Source of the DNA: a bacterium
GTDB taxonomy: Bacteria > Actinomycetota > Acidimicrobiia > Spongiisociales > UBA5794
DNA length: 62,535 bases
Direction of reading: 5' to 3'
Assembly (NCBI GenBank): GCA_024226255.1
Contig: JAAELU010000158.1
Coordinates: 1-62,535, forward strand
Shown here: one piece after another, positions 29,079-37,523 of the stretch
Position numbering within the stretch: the stretch's first letter is position 1
Layout: every line of letters starts with the position of its first letter
The notes under the pieces: generated by a model
The model's input: the letters and a program-made list of their open reading frames with translations, nothing else
What the model was told of the DNA's origin: nothing
Database searches by the model: none
Translations under genes and position numbers: made by a program

Positions 29079-30534
29079 TCCCCGCGGGTTCCTCAAGTAC
29101 GGACGGACGCTGCCCGAGCGACGAGACATCGGCATACGTATCCAGGATTGGAAAGAGGTCTACAACGACTTCCCTGTTGAGGAACTCACACGACAGGCTG
29201 CTCGCTGCATGGACTGCGGTATCCCGTTTTGTAGCAAGGGTTGCCCGTTGGGCAACCTGATCCCGGACTGGAACGATCTGGTCTACCGAGACGGCTGGCG
29301 AGCGGCCATCGATCGGCTCCACGCCACCAACAACTTTCCCGAATTCACGGGACGGCTGTGCCCGGCGCCGTGCGAAGCGTCGTGCGTTCTCGGCATCAAC
29401 GAGGACCCAGTAACCATCAAACAGGTCGAGGTCGAGATAATCGATCGGGCGTGGGCTGAAGGCTGGGTGGCGCCGGTCCTGCCAGCGGTGGCCACGGGCA
29501 TGAGCGTTGCCATCATCGGCTCTGGACCGGCCGGCTTGGCAGCAGCTCAACAGCTGACGCGGGCCGGCCACAGGACCGTTGTTTTCGAGAGAGCCGACCG
29601 CGCCGGCGGGTTACTCCGCTACGGCATTCCCGAGTTCAAGATGGAGAAGAGAGTCCTAGATCGGCGACTCGAGCAGATGGCGGCCGAGGGGACTGAGTTT
29701 CACCTCGACACAGAAGTCGGAGTCGACATCACAGCCGACGACTTGCGCACCGGCTTCGATGCGGTCGTTCTCGCCGGCGGTGCCACCGAGGGGCGCGATC
29801 TACCGATTGAGGGCCGCCGGCTCAATGGGGTCTACCAGGCGATGGAATACCTAACCCCGGCCAACCGGGTCCAGGAGGGCGACCTTGCCGAGCCACCGAT
29901 ATCGGCGGAAGGCAAGCGAGTCATCATCATTGGCGGCGGCGACACCGGGGCGGACTGTCTCGGCACAGCACATCGCCAGGGCGCGATCTCCGTTCATCAG
30001 TTCGAGATCATGCCGCAGCCGCCCCCATTGCGCGACACCACTACTCCGTGGCCCACCTGGCCGCTGCAATACCGGGTGTCGTCCGCCCACGAGGAAGGCG
30101 GCGATCGAGAATTCTCCATCAGCACGGTCCGGTTTGTCGACGACGGATCCGGCAATGTCGCCGGACTCGACACCCACCGGGTTACGCAGACGTTCATCGA
30201 AGGTCGAATGAACTTCGAGAAGATCGACGGCACGGAAGAACACTTCGCGGCGGACCTCGTCTTCCTGGCGATGGGATTCACCGGCCCCGAGCACAGCCCG
30301 ATGCTGGAGCAATTCGGCGTTGACATGACCGATCGCGGCAACGTCGGCCGCAACGAGAAGTGGGCCAGCAATGTTGACGGGGTCTTCGTTGCCGGCGACA
30401 TGGGTCGTGGTCAGTCGCTGATCGTGTGGGCCATCGCTGAGGGCCGAGCCACCGCAGCGGCCGTCGACACATTCCTGATGGGAAGTAGCGACCTTCCGGC
30501 GCCGGTCACACCAAACGACCAACCGCTGCGCTGA
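29071..30534 (+). CDS. gltD: glutamate synthase small subunit (NADPH-dependent)
   Basis: [12 protein letters not shown].. N-terminus, Fe-S cysteines ([16 protein letters not shown]) and the [10 protein letters not shown] dinucleotide motif. GTG 29071 overlaps the gltB stop by 8 nt. The track start at 29032 is less likely. Confidence 0.93.
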   Translation: MADPRGFLKYGRTLPERRDIGIRIQDWKEVYNDFPVEELTRQAARCMDCGIPFCSKGCPLGNLIPDWNDLVYRDGWRAAIDRLHATNNFPEFTGRLCPAPCEASCVLGINEDPVTIKQVEVEIIDRAWAEGWVAPVLPAVATGMSVAIIGSGPAGLAAAQQLTRAGHRTVVFERADRAGGLLRYGIPEFKMEKRVLDRRLEQMAAEGTEFHLDTEVGVDITADDLRTGFDAVVLAGGATEGRDLPIEGRRLNGVYQAMEYLTPANRVQEGDLAEPPISAEGKRVIIIGGGDTGADCLGTAHRQGAISVHQFEIMPQPPPLRDTTTPWPTWPLQYRVSSAHEEGGDREFSISTVRFVDDGSGNVAGLDTHRVTQTFIEGRMNFEKIDGTEEHFAADLVFLAMGFTGPEHSPMLEQFGVDMTDRGNVGRNEKWASNVDGVFVAGDMGRGQSLIVWAIAEGRATAAAVDTFLMGSSDLPAPVTPNDQPLR

Positions 30535-30580
30535 AGCCCACCCGCTTCCGGTAGCGTTTCGTCATGCGTTTGGGATCCCG

Positions 30581-31039
30581 ATGCCGGTGATCATTGTCGG
30601 AGCGGACACTCCGCTCGGCGCGGCCACGGTCGATGCCCTGCTCCCGCGCCCCAGCGAGGTACACGCCTTTGTGACCTCGCCAGACTTCGCCATCGAGCTT
30701 CGTTCGCGGGGCGTCAAGGTGGCCCTCGGAGACATCTCTGACGGCTCTCACCTCGGCGGCGCCGCCCTCAATGCCTTCTGCGCGGTACTGATCGGCCAGG
30801 CAGCCACCGATGAGCGGGAGCGATCGTTCGCAACAGATCGCGACGGCGTCTTGGCAGCATGGGCAGACGGTTTGGTCGACGCCGGAGTCAAACGAATAAT
30901 CCTGGTCGATGACTACCCCCCACCCGAGCAAATGACGACGGCACAGGCACAGTTCGCTCAAGTCCTCACGACCGAACGCGAACCAGCAGAAGTCGCCCAA
31001 GAGATCACCGCCCTAGAAGACGCCGCACAGCTCCCCTAG
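30581..31039 (+). CDS. small NAD(P)-binding (NmrA/atypical SDR-like) domain protein
   Basis: 152 aa. MPVIIVGADTPLGAATVDALL has a Rossmann-like N-terminus. Function unknown. Confidence 0.45.
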   Translation: MPVIIVGADTPLGAATVDALLPRPSEVHAFVTSPDFAIELRSRGVKVALGDISDGSHLGGAALNAFCAVLIGQAATDERERSFATDRDGVLAAWADGLVDAGVKRIILVDDYPPPEQMTTAQAQFAQVLTTEREPAEVAQEITALEDAAQLP

Positions 31040-31065
31040 CGACCGGCTACGCAATACGTGCCCTC

Positions 31066-32283
31066 TCAGAACATCTCGGGACAACTCGGCGCGATGTCGC
31101 TGCGCATAGCCGCATCGAAGCGGCGTACCGCGTGGATGTCTCCCTCAATCTTGCCCACACGGTGCAGCGGCCCTGCCCCGTCCGCCCCAAGGTAGAGAGA
31201 GCTCAACGTGGCCACATCCAACTTGAGATCCGCCTCATCGGAGGTCGCACCGCACATTGCGCCCTCGTGAGACACCTCGAGTCGGAACTTCCCGCCTGCA
31301 ACCCCCATCGTGTCCTCGATCTCGAGTACCAGCGAGTCGTCGACGGAATACCCCCGAGCCTCGAGGGCTCCAGGAACATCAAGGATTCGGACGTACAACC
31401 CATCGAGGATTCGCCGCTGCACCATCCGTGGATTTGCCACCTGCATAGGCAGCTCGAAGTCGGCGGGCAACATATCCGCCTCGACATTTGGGAAGAGGTC
31501 AACGGAACACACGAGCGACCACAGGCTCAGCTGCGCCGCCGCGTCGATTCCAAATAGCTCGCCAACACGTACCGTGCCCGACGGAATGCCGCGCTCCCAC
31601 TTCTCCTTCTGGCGGTAGGTGCAGTAACCGACCGCGACTCCGTCGCGATAGGCGACGACGTATCGCCGGCCGCTGGCGCCGCGACGCCACGCCTCGGGGT
31701 CACGAAAGTGACGATGTTCCCACCACGGTTCAGACCGGCTCAGCCGTCCCGGTCGCTGAGGGCGGATTTGCTCGTAAACCTCGGGAAAGGCCTTGCGAGC
31801 CTCTTCGATATCCACCAGCCGCACACCATCGGTAGCCGCCGGTACCCCGGCCGCCGGGCCGTTGATCTCGACTTCGATCGCGGGCGCGGCGTCGCCAAAA
31901 CCGTAGCGGCCGTAGATGGACGACTCCGATGCAAACAACCCGGAAATCCACTCGCCACGATCACGACAGTCATCGAAATGCGCCGTCATCAGACGATTGA
32001 GCAGGCCACGCCGCCGATGAGTCGGGCGGACGCCGACCATTGTCAGGCCACCCATCGGGGTCACCGCGCCACCGGGGAGACTGACGTCGAATGTGAAGGC
32101 GGCGGCGGTCGCAACCATCCGGGAATCATCGAAGGCCGCATATGTACGGCCTAGATCGACCTGATCATCGAAACGTTGCCTGGATTCCTCGTCGTCAACC
32201 GCATCTCCGCCAAACGCTTGGGAGATTACGTGGCGAAATGCGGGGATTTCCTCTTTGACAATCGGTCGTATGTCTATAGCCAT
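31066..32283 (-). CDS. Eis-like GNAT N-acetyltransferase (GNAT plus SCP2-like C-terminal domain)
   Basis: 405 aa. The length and layout are typical of the Eis family, with an RRRGLL acetyl-CoA loop and the C-terminal ...GDIHAVRRFDAAM...CPEMF. Confidence 0.7.
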   Translation of the reverse strand: MAIDIRPIVKEEIPAFRHVISQAFGGDAVDDEESRQRFDDQVDLGRTYAAFDDSRMVATAAAFTFDVSLPGGAVTPMGGLTMVGVRPTHRRRGLLNRLMTAHFDDCRDRGEWISGLFASESSIYGRYGFGDAAPAIEVEINGPAAGVPAATDGVRLVDIEEARKAFPEVYEQIRPQRPGRLSRSEPWWEHRHFRDPEAWRRGASGRRYVVAYRDGVAVGYCTYRQKEKWERGIPSGTVRVGELFGIDAAAQLSLWSLVCSVDLFPNVEADMLPADFELPMQVANPRMVQRRILDGLYVRILDVPGALEARGYSVDDSLVLEIEDTMGVAGGKFRLEVSHEGAMCGATSDEADLKLDVATLSSLYLGADGAGPLHRVGKIEGDIHAVRRFDAAMRSDIAPSCPEMF

Positions 32284-32365
32284 GGAGCAAAGCTAGCGGC
32301 GCCAGAATGAGTTTGGTTGCCGTCTAGGGTGCGGCGAAGCCAGCCATGCAGCATCAGGAGGACCC

Positions 32366-33148
32366 TTGAGTCGAGCCAGAATCGCCATCCAGTTTCATCC
32401 GCAACACGCTCAGTATGCCGCCATTCGTGAGGGCGTCTCCCAGGCTGAGGAAATCGGCGTCGACATCGCATACAACTGGGACCACTTCTATCCCTTGTAC
32501 GGCGAGCCCGACGGCGAACACTTCGAAGCCTGGACAATGCTCGCCGCATGGGCCGAGCAGACCCAGCGCATCCAGATCGGGCCCTTGGTTACCTGCAACA
32601 GCTATCGCAACCCGCAACTGCTCGCCGACATGGCTCGGACCGTTGATCACATCTCGGGAGGGCGCCTCATCTTCGGTATTGGCTCGGGCTGGTTTGAGCG
32701 GGACTACGACGAGTATGGCTATGAGTTTGGGACAGCCCCTGGGCGCCTCCAGAACCTCAAGCGAGATCTGCCGCTGATCAAGGATCGCTGGTCGAAACTC
32801 AATCCGGCACCGACGCGCGACATCCCGATTCTGATCGGCGGCGGCGGCGAGAGGGTCACCCTCCGTCTAGTGGCCGAACACGCCCACATGTGGCACTTCT
32901 TTGGCACCCCCGAGAGCATGCAGCCGAAGCTCGAGATCCTGCGTGGCCACTGCGAAGCAGTTGGCCGCGATTACGACGACATCGAGAAGAGCGTCGGCAT
33001 CGACTGGGACAAAGTGGAGGACGTCGGCCAACTGGGTGACGCTTTTTACGACCTGGGATTCCGTCAGTTCACTTTTGGCAGCAACGGTCCCGACTACGAC
33101 CTCAGCTTCGCCCAGGAGTGGCTCGACTGGCGAGACAGCAAGAACTAG
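32366..33148 (+). CDS. LLM-class (luciferase-like) F420/flavin-dependent oxidoreductase
   Basis: 260 aa. FEAWTMLAAWAEQTQRIQIGPLVTCNSYRNPQLLADMARTVDHISGGRLIFGIGSGW is typical of LLM F420-dependent enzymes. Confidence 0.8.
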   Translation: MSRARIAIQFHPQHAQYAAIREGVSQAEEIGVDIAYNWDHFYPLYGEPDGEHFEAWTMLAAWAEQTQRIQIGPLVTCNSYRNPQLLADMARTVDHISGGRLIFGIGSGWFERDYDEYGYEFGTAPGRLQNLKRDLPLIKDRWSKLNPAPTRDIPILIGGGGERVTLRLVAEHAHMWHFFGTPESMQPKLEILRGHCEAVGRDYDDIEKSVGIDWDKVEDVGQLGDAFYDLGFRQFTFGSNGPDYDLSFAQEWLDWRDSKN

Positions 33149-33176
33149 AGAGCAGCCCCGCGGCGCTGTGCGACGC

Positions 33177-33538
33177 GTCTCCTCCCCGGTTGCATGCCGC
33201 TTTGGGTGACTGACGTTTGGGGGAGGTGGGCTGCCCTGCGGGCAGCTTGGGTGGGGGAAGCCGAAGTGTCTCCTCCCCCGTTGCACGCCGCTTTGGGCGG
33301 GCGACATTTGGGGGAGGTGCCGAGGCTTTGCGAGGCGGAGGGGGAAGCGGAGCCGCGGCTACACCGCAACACGCGTCGGCGGATGCCCGACCGCCACGGC
33401 ATCTCGGCTCTCGTGCGGTTCGCGACAGGACGCACCGTTCGCCTTCCGGACTACCTTTGCTTCCCCCCTCCGCCTCGTTCCTCGGCGACTCCCCCCAGAA
33501 TTCTGCCTCCCAAAGCCGAGTCAGACGGGGGGAGAGAC
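33177..33538 (+). repeat. G-tract/C-tract structured repeat element, copy A (MITE-like, with terminal inverted repeats)
   Basis: The termini are GTCTCCTCCCCGG... and ...CGGGGGGAGAGAC. An internal 52-nt module is duplicated (33177-33228 and 33268-33319). A perfect hairpin GCTGCCC-tgc-GGGCAGC is present. It is homologous to 53333-53604 in reverse orientation. Confidence 0.75.
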
Positions 33539-33666
33539 AACGGCTAACGCACCAGGCTGGAGCGGCGCAGCAGTTCCCAAGGAGTCACCACCCGCCCTCG
33601 CTGCGTCACGCAGTCGCCACGCAGCACCGGTCCGTCCACCATCGCAGCCGTCCTTCCCGCGCCTTC

Positions 33667-34314
33667 TTACCGCTCGTACGCGGCCACGGCGACGGGCGCT
33701 TCTATGCCTTCGAGGTTGCGGGCGTCGGGGATGGGGTCGCCGGCGACCATTGAGAGTGGCACCACGCCGGCCCAGATGGGAAGGGAATAGTCGGCTTCGT
33801 CGTCGACTGGAGGGCCGGTTCTGACTTTGGCGGATGCTTCGTCGATCGCGAGGGCAACCACGAGTGTGCCCTTGACTTCCTTCTCGAGGACCTCGCGAGA
33901 TTGGGCCCACCGCCCCGGGATCACGTGATCGGTGACAACTTCGAGGGCGGCCAGCTTCTCATCAGGATCATCGACCATCCGTGGAGACCCCAGGACCACC
34001 ACCGAGCGGTAGTTCATCGAGTTGTGGACGGCGCTCCGAGCGACCACCAGGCCGTCGAGGAGAGTGACCGTCACACAGATTTCGTCGCCGGACCTCATCG
34101 AACGCAGCAGCCGGCTGGCGGCCGATCCGTGGATATAGAGCGTGTTGCCCTGGCGGGCGTGGATGGTCGGAATGACCATCGGGTATCCGTCGGAGGTGAC
34201 GATTCCGACATGACAGACAAGAGCCTCGTCGAGTATTTCGTTGATAGCGGCGCGGTCATAGTTGCCCCGCTCCGGAAGACGTTTGACCTGTATTCGATCG
34301 CTCACTGGTTCCAT
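33667..34314 (-). CDS. pyridoxamine 5-prime-phosphate oxidase family (FMN-binding split-barrel, COG3467-like) protein
   Basis: MEPVSDRIQVKRLPERGNYDRAAINEILDEALVCHVGIVTSDGYPMVIPT..LYIHGS. The track start at 34356 is an alternative. Confidence 0.7.
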   Translation of the reverse strand: MEPVSDRIQVKRLPERGNYDRAAINEILDEALVCHVGIVTSDGYPMVIPTIHARQGNTLYIHGSAASRLLRSMRSGDEICVTVTLLDGLVVARSAVHNSMNYRSVVVLGSPRMVDDPDEKLAALEVVTDHVIPGRWAQSREVLEKEVKGTLVVALAIDEASAKVRTGPPVDDEADYSLPIWAGVVPLSMVAGDPIPDARNLEGIEAPVAVAAYER

Positions 34315-34505
34315 ACCGACAAGATAGCTACGCGCCTGACAAACCGCCGGGCGCATCTAAGCTTGGCCCGTTCATACCGTATGGCGTACTTGCCGCGCCT
34401 CCGACTTTCTCCAATTGCAGGTCAAGGCATCGCTGCAGTTGGTCGATCATTGGTTACAGCTAGAAGGATGGGGTCCCGACCCGGACCCTTTGATGGAGTT
34501 ACCTC

Positions 34506-35474
34506 TTGGCAACAAACAAGACATCAGCCATGGGCTCGGGCCTGCGCACATTTGCCGGCCTCGGACTGCTGACCGCCGGCTTTCTCGGAACCCTGGCGAC
34601 GATTCTGGCGTTCTTCGGATCAACCTCATGGTTCTTTGATCTCCTCGCCAACTTCAGGTTCCAGCTGGCGCTGGGCCTGATCGTCATTGGCGCCCTCTAC
34701 TTGATTGGCTTTGGCCGTGCTGTGGCCTTCATCTTCATTGCCATGGGCGTCGTGAATGCGTTCCTGATTGCTCCCCTTTACCTCGACGATCCCGCACCGG
34801 CGGTCGGCGATGAATCGATCAGAATCGTCAGTTTCAACGTCGGGGCCGGGCGAGCCGACACGACGGAGCTATTGACATGGGTCGGCGAGTCCGAGGCCGA
34901 CCTGGTCTTCTTGCTCGAATCCACCGAAGACTATGTGAGCGCAATGCCGACGGCCGATATCGGCTACTCGATTAGTAACGAGATCCCCGAGGACCGCCAT
35001 TACGGGATTTCCGTGCTGGGTCGCGACGCCGCCAACGTCGAGCAACTTCGTCTTGGGGTCACGCGCGATCCGGTAATGCGCGTCGAGACGACCATCGGCG
35101 ACCAGCCAATCGCGGTGTACGCCGTCCATCCGCGCCCGCCGGACTCTGAAGCCAAATCCGAGGCCCGTGACTCTCTGTTTGCGGAACTGGCAGATCTGGT
35201 TATGAGGGAAGCTGTGCCAGTGATCGTGATCGGCGATTTCAACGCCTCTCCGTGGTCTTATGCCTTCCGCGAGTTCACCGCCGATACTGAACTGCTCAAT
35301 AGCCAGAACGGGTACGGACTCTCCGCCACCTGGCCGACTGGATTCCCCGTAACGCTGGTGCCGCTCGACCACATGCTCCACAGCGATGGCCTGACGACCG
35401 TTGACCGCCAAGTCGGACCCGATCTCGGTTCGGACCATCTGCCGTTGACAGTGGATGTCTCGCTCGCTCAGTAG
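34506..35474 (+). CDS. membrane-anchored endonuclease/exonuclease/phosphatase (EEP) family protein
   Basis: N-terminal TM helices are followed by IRIVSFNV, LLES, VIGDFNASPWS and GSDHLPL, the EEP catalytic motifs. Confidence 0.75.
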   Translation: MATNKTSAMGSGLRTFAGLGLLTAGFLGTLATILAFFGSTSWFFDLLANFRFQLALGLIVIGALYLIGFGRAVAFIFIAMGVVNAFLIAPLYLDDPAPAVGDESIRIVSFNVGAGRADTTELLTWVGESEADLVFLLESTEDYVSAMPTADIGYSISNEIPEDRHYGISVLGRDAANVEQLRLGVTRDPVMRVETTIGDQPIAVYAVHPRPPDSEAKSEARDSLFAELADLVMREAVPVIVIGDFNASPWSYAFREFTADTELLNSQNGYGLSATWPTGFPVTLVPLDHMLHSDGLTTVDRQVGPDLGSDHLPLTVDVSLAQ

Positions 35475-35528
35475 CCACCTCGAATCGTCCAGTTCCACGC
35501 CGGCAAGCGGTCCACTACCCTCCGCGGC

Positions 35529-37478
35529 GTGATTAACGATTACACCTCCATTTCGCCCCAAGACGTCTCTGACGTCACCGAGAACGCCATTGCGGCGGCC
35601 GACGCCCTCGTTGACCAGGTGGCCGCCACCGACGACCCCACCTGGGACTCCACGATGGCTCTACTGGAACAAGCCGGCGCCATCGTGGCCGACGCATACG
35701 GCGCCGGACCCTTCATGGCCAGGGTTCATCCAGACAAGGAAGTCCAGAGTCGCGCAGTCGAACTCGAAGAGACCCTCCAGAAGTGGGCCTCAGATCTGGC
35801 TTTTCGACGCGATCTGTATGACTCCGTGAGCGCCTATGCCGCGACTCCTGAAGTCAACTCGCTGAAGCCAATTCAACGCCGACTTGTCGATCACTGGATC
35901 CGCGACTTTCGCCGGGCGGGACACGAGCTCGATGAAGCTGCCCGGGACTCATTGCAGAACAAGCAACTACGCCTTATTGAACTCCAGGTTGAGTTCTCCA
36001 AGAATCTTGACGAATGGGACGACTACATCGACGTCACCGCCGACGAGCTCGACGGATTGTCAGCCGACTACATCAGCCGCCTGAGCCCCGGAGAGGCCGA
36101 CGGCACCTATCGAATCTCCATGGCGTACCCCGACTACGTACCGTTCCTCGAGCAGGGTACGAATCGTGAAATGCGCCGTCGCTTGCAGTTCAAGTTCTGG
36201 AACCAGGCCGCAGCCGCCAACAAGCCCCTTCTGGAACAGGCGGTAGCAGTTCGCCAGGAAATCGCCGAGCTGTTGGGTTACCCAACCTGGGCTCACTACG
36301 CCATGGAAATGAAGATGGCGGCCAACCCGGCCAACGTGGAGGAGTTCTATACCGGTTTGCGAGATCGCCTGGTGGAGAAGGCTCAAGTCGAGCTGACCGC
36401 GATGGACTCGGTTCTCTCAGCCGAACTCCCCGGCGAATCGGTGCAATCTTGGGACTGGAGCTACCTGCACACCCAGCAACGCAAGAATGACTTCGGCGTG
36501 GATCCCGACGAGGTTGCCGGGTACTTCTCGCTCGAACCGTTGATTCAGGGGATGTTCGACGTAACCGGGGACGTGTTCGGCCTCGAGTATGAGCGAGTCA
36601 GCGATACCAAGGCTTGGCATCCCGACGTCTTCCTATACGCCATCAAGAACCGCGGTGAACCCGAACCGATGGCCTACTTCTACGCCGATCTCTTTCCCCG
36701 CGATACCAAGTTCGGCCACGCGGCCGCCTTCCCGATCCAGTACGGCCGCCACCAAGATGGCTCGTACGTCAAACCCGTCGCCGCGATCGTCGCCAACTTC
36801 ACCAAGCCGACTGCGGACAGCCCTAGCCTGCTTCAACACAGCGAGGCGGTGACGCTCTGGCACGAGTTCGGACACATTCTCCACTTCTGCCTGACAACGG
36901 TCGGCATGGTGCGGTTTTCCGGTTACGACACCGAGTGGGACTTCGTTGAGGCTCCGTCGCAGATCATGGAGAACTGGATGTGGGAGCCCGAGGTTCTGCA
37001 GCGCTTCGCCAAGCACCATCAGAGTGGCGAGCCGATCCCGGGAGAACTTGTCGAGCGGTTGGTGGCAGCTCGCGATCTCAATGTTGCGCTGCTCACTCTG
37101 CGACAGATGTTCCTCGGCCGTATGGATATGGCGATGCATGCAACGACCGAGCCTGTCGATCTAGACGACGTGTACCGGAGCGCCTACGAGTTGACCCAGA
37201 TGCCATTCCATGAGGGTACGTTCTTCCCGGCTGTCTTCGGGCACCTGATGGGCGGATATGATGCCGGCTACTACGGGTATCTGTGGGCGCAGGTCTACGG
37301 CGATGACATGTTCAGTGTGTTCGAGGAAGAGGGCATCTTGAGCCCAGCCGTCGGCGAGCGCTATCGCGATGAGGTGCTGGCCACCGGCGGCTCACGTGAC
37401 GCGATCGATCACCTGCGTGCGTTCCTCGGCCGCGAGCCGTCGAGCGACTCGTTCCTGCGCAAACTCGGGCTGATCTGA
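35529..37478 (+). CDS. M3 family metallopeptidase (oligopeptidase A / peptidyl-dipeptidase Dcp-like)
   Basis: 649 aa with the HEFGHILH zinc motif and a downstream E ligand region (FVEAPSQIMENW). Confidence 0.85.
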   Translation: MINDYTSISPQDVSDVTENAIAAADALVDQVAATDDPTWDSTMALLEQAGAIVADAYGAGPFMARVHPDKEVQSRAVELEETLQKWASDLAFRRDLYDSVSAYAATPEVNSLKPIQRRLVDHWIRDFRRAGHELDEAARDSLQNKQLRLIELQVEFSKNLDEWDDYIDVTADELDGLSADYISRLSPGEADGTYRISMAYPDYVPFLEQGTNREMRRRLQFKFWNQAAAANKPLLEQAVAVRQEIAELLGYPTWAHYAMEMKMAANPANVEEFYTGLRDRLVEKAQVELTAMDSVLSAELPGESVQSWDWSYLHTQQRKNDFGVDPDEVAGYFSLEPLIQGMFDVTGDVFGLEYERVSDTKAWHPDVFLYAIKNRGEPEPMAYFYADLFPRDTKFGHAAAFPIQYGRHQDGSYVKPVAAIVANFTKPTADSPSLLQHSEAVTLWHEFGHILHFCLTTVGMVRFSGYDTEWDFVEAPSQIMENWMWEPEVLQRFAKHHQSGEPIPGELVERLVAARDLNVALLTLRQMFLGRMDMAMHATTEPVDLDDVYRSAYELTQMPFHEGTFFPAVFGHLMGGYDAGYYGYLWAQVYGDDMFSVFEEEGILSPAVGERYRDEVLATGGSRDAIDHLRAFLGREPSSDSFLRKLGLI

Positions 37479-37523
37479 CACAACACCGCAAACGGCGCTA
37501 GGGCTCCTAGAGTTCGCGGGGCT

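Noticed and set aside
33217-33753. 178-aa plus-strand ORF and the 288-aa minus-strand ORF at 52782-53648, whose translations resemble each other (..GEVGCPAGSLGGG.., ..SQSRVRRGER..).
   Set aside because: The similarity comes from the repeated DNA element, which appears in both places. The composition is not protein-like, and the frames are interrupted differently in the two copies (copy A has a 90-bp internal duplication).
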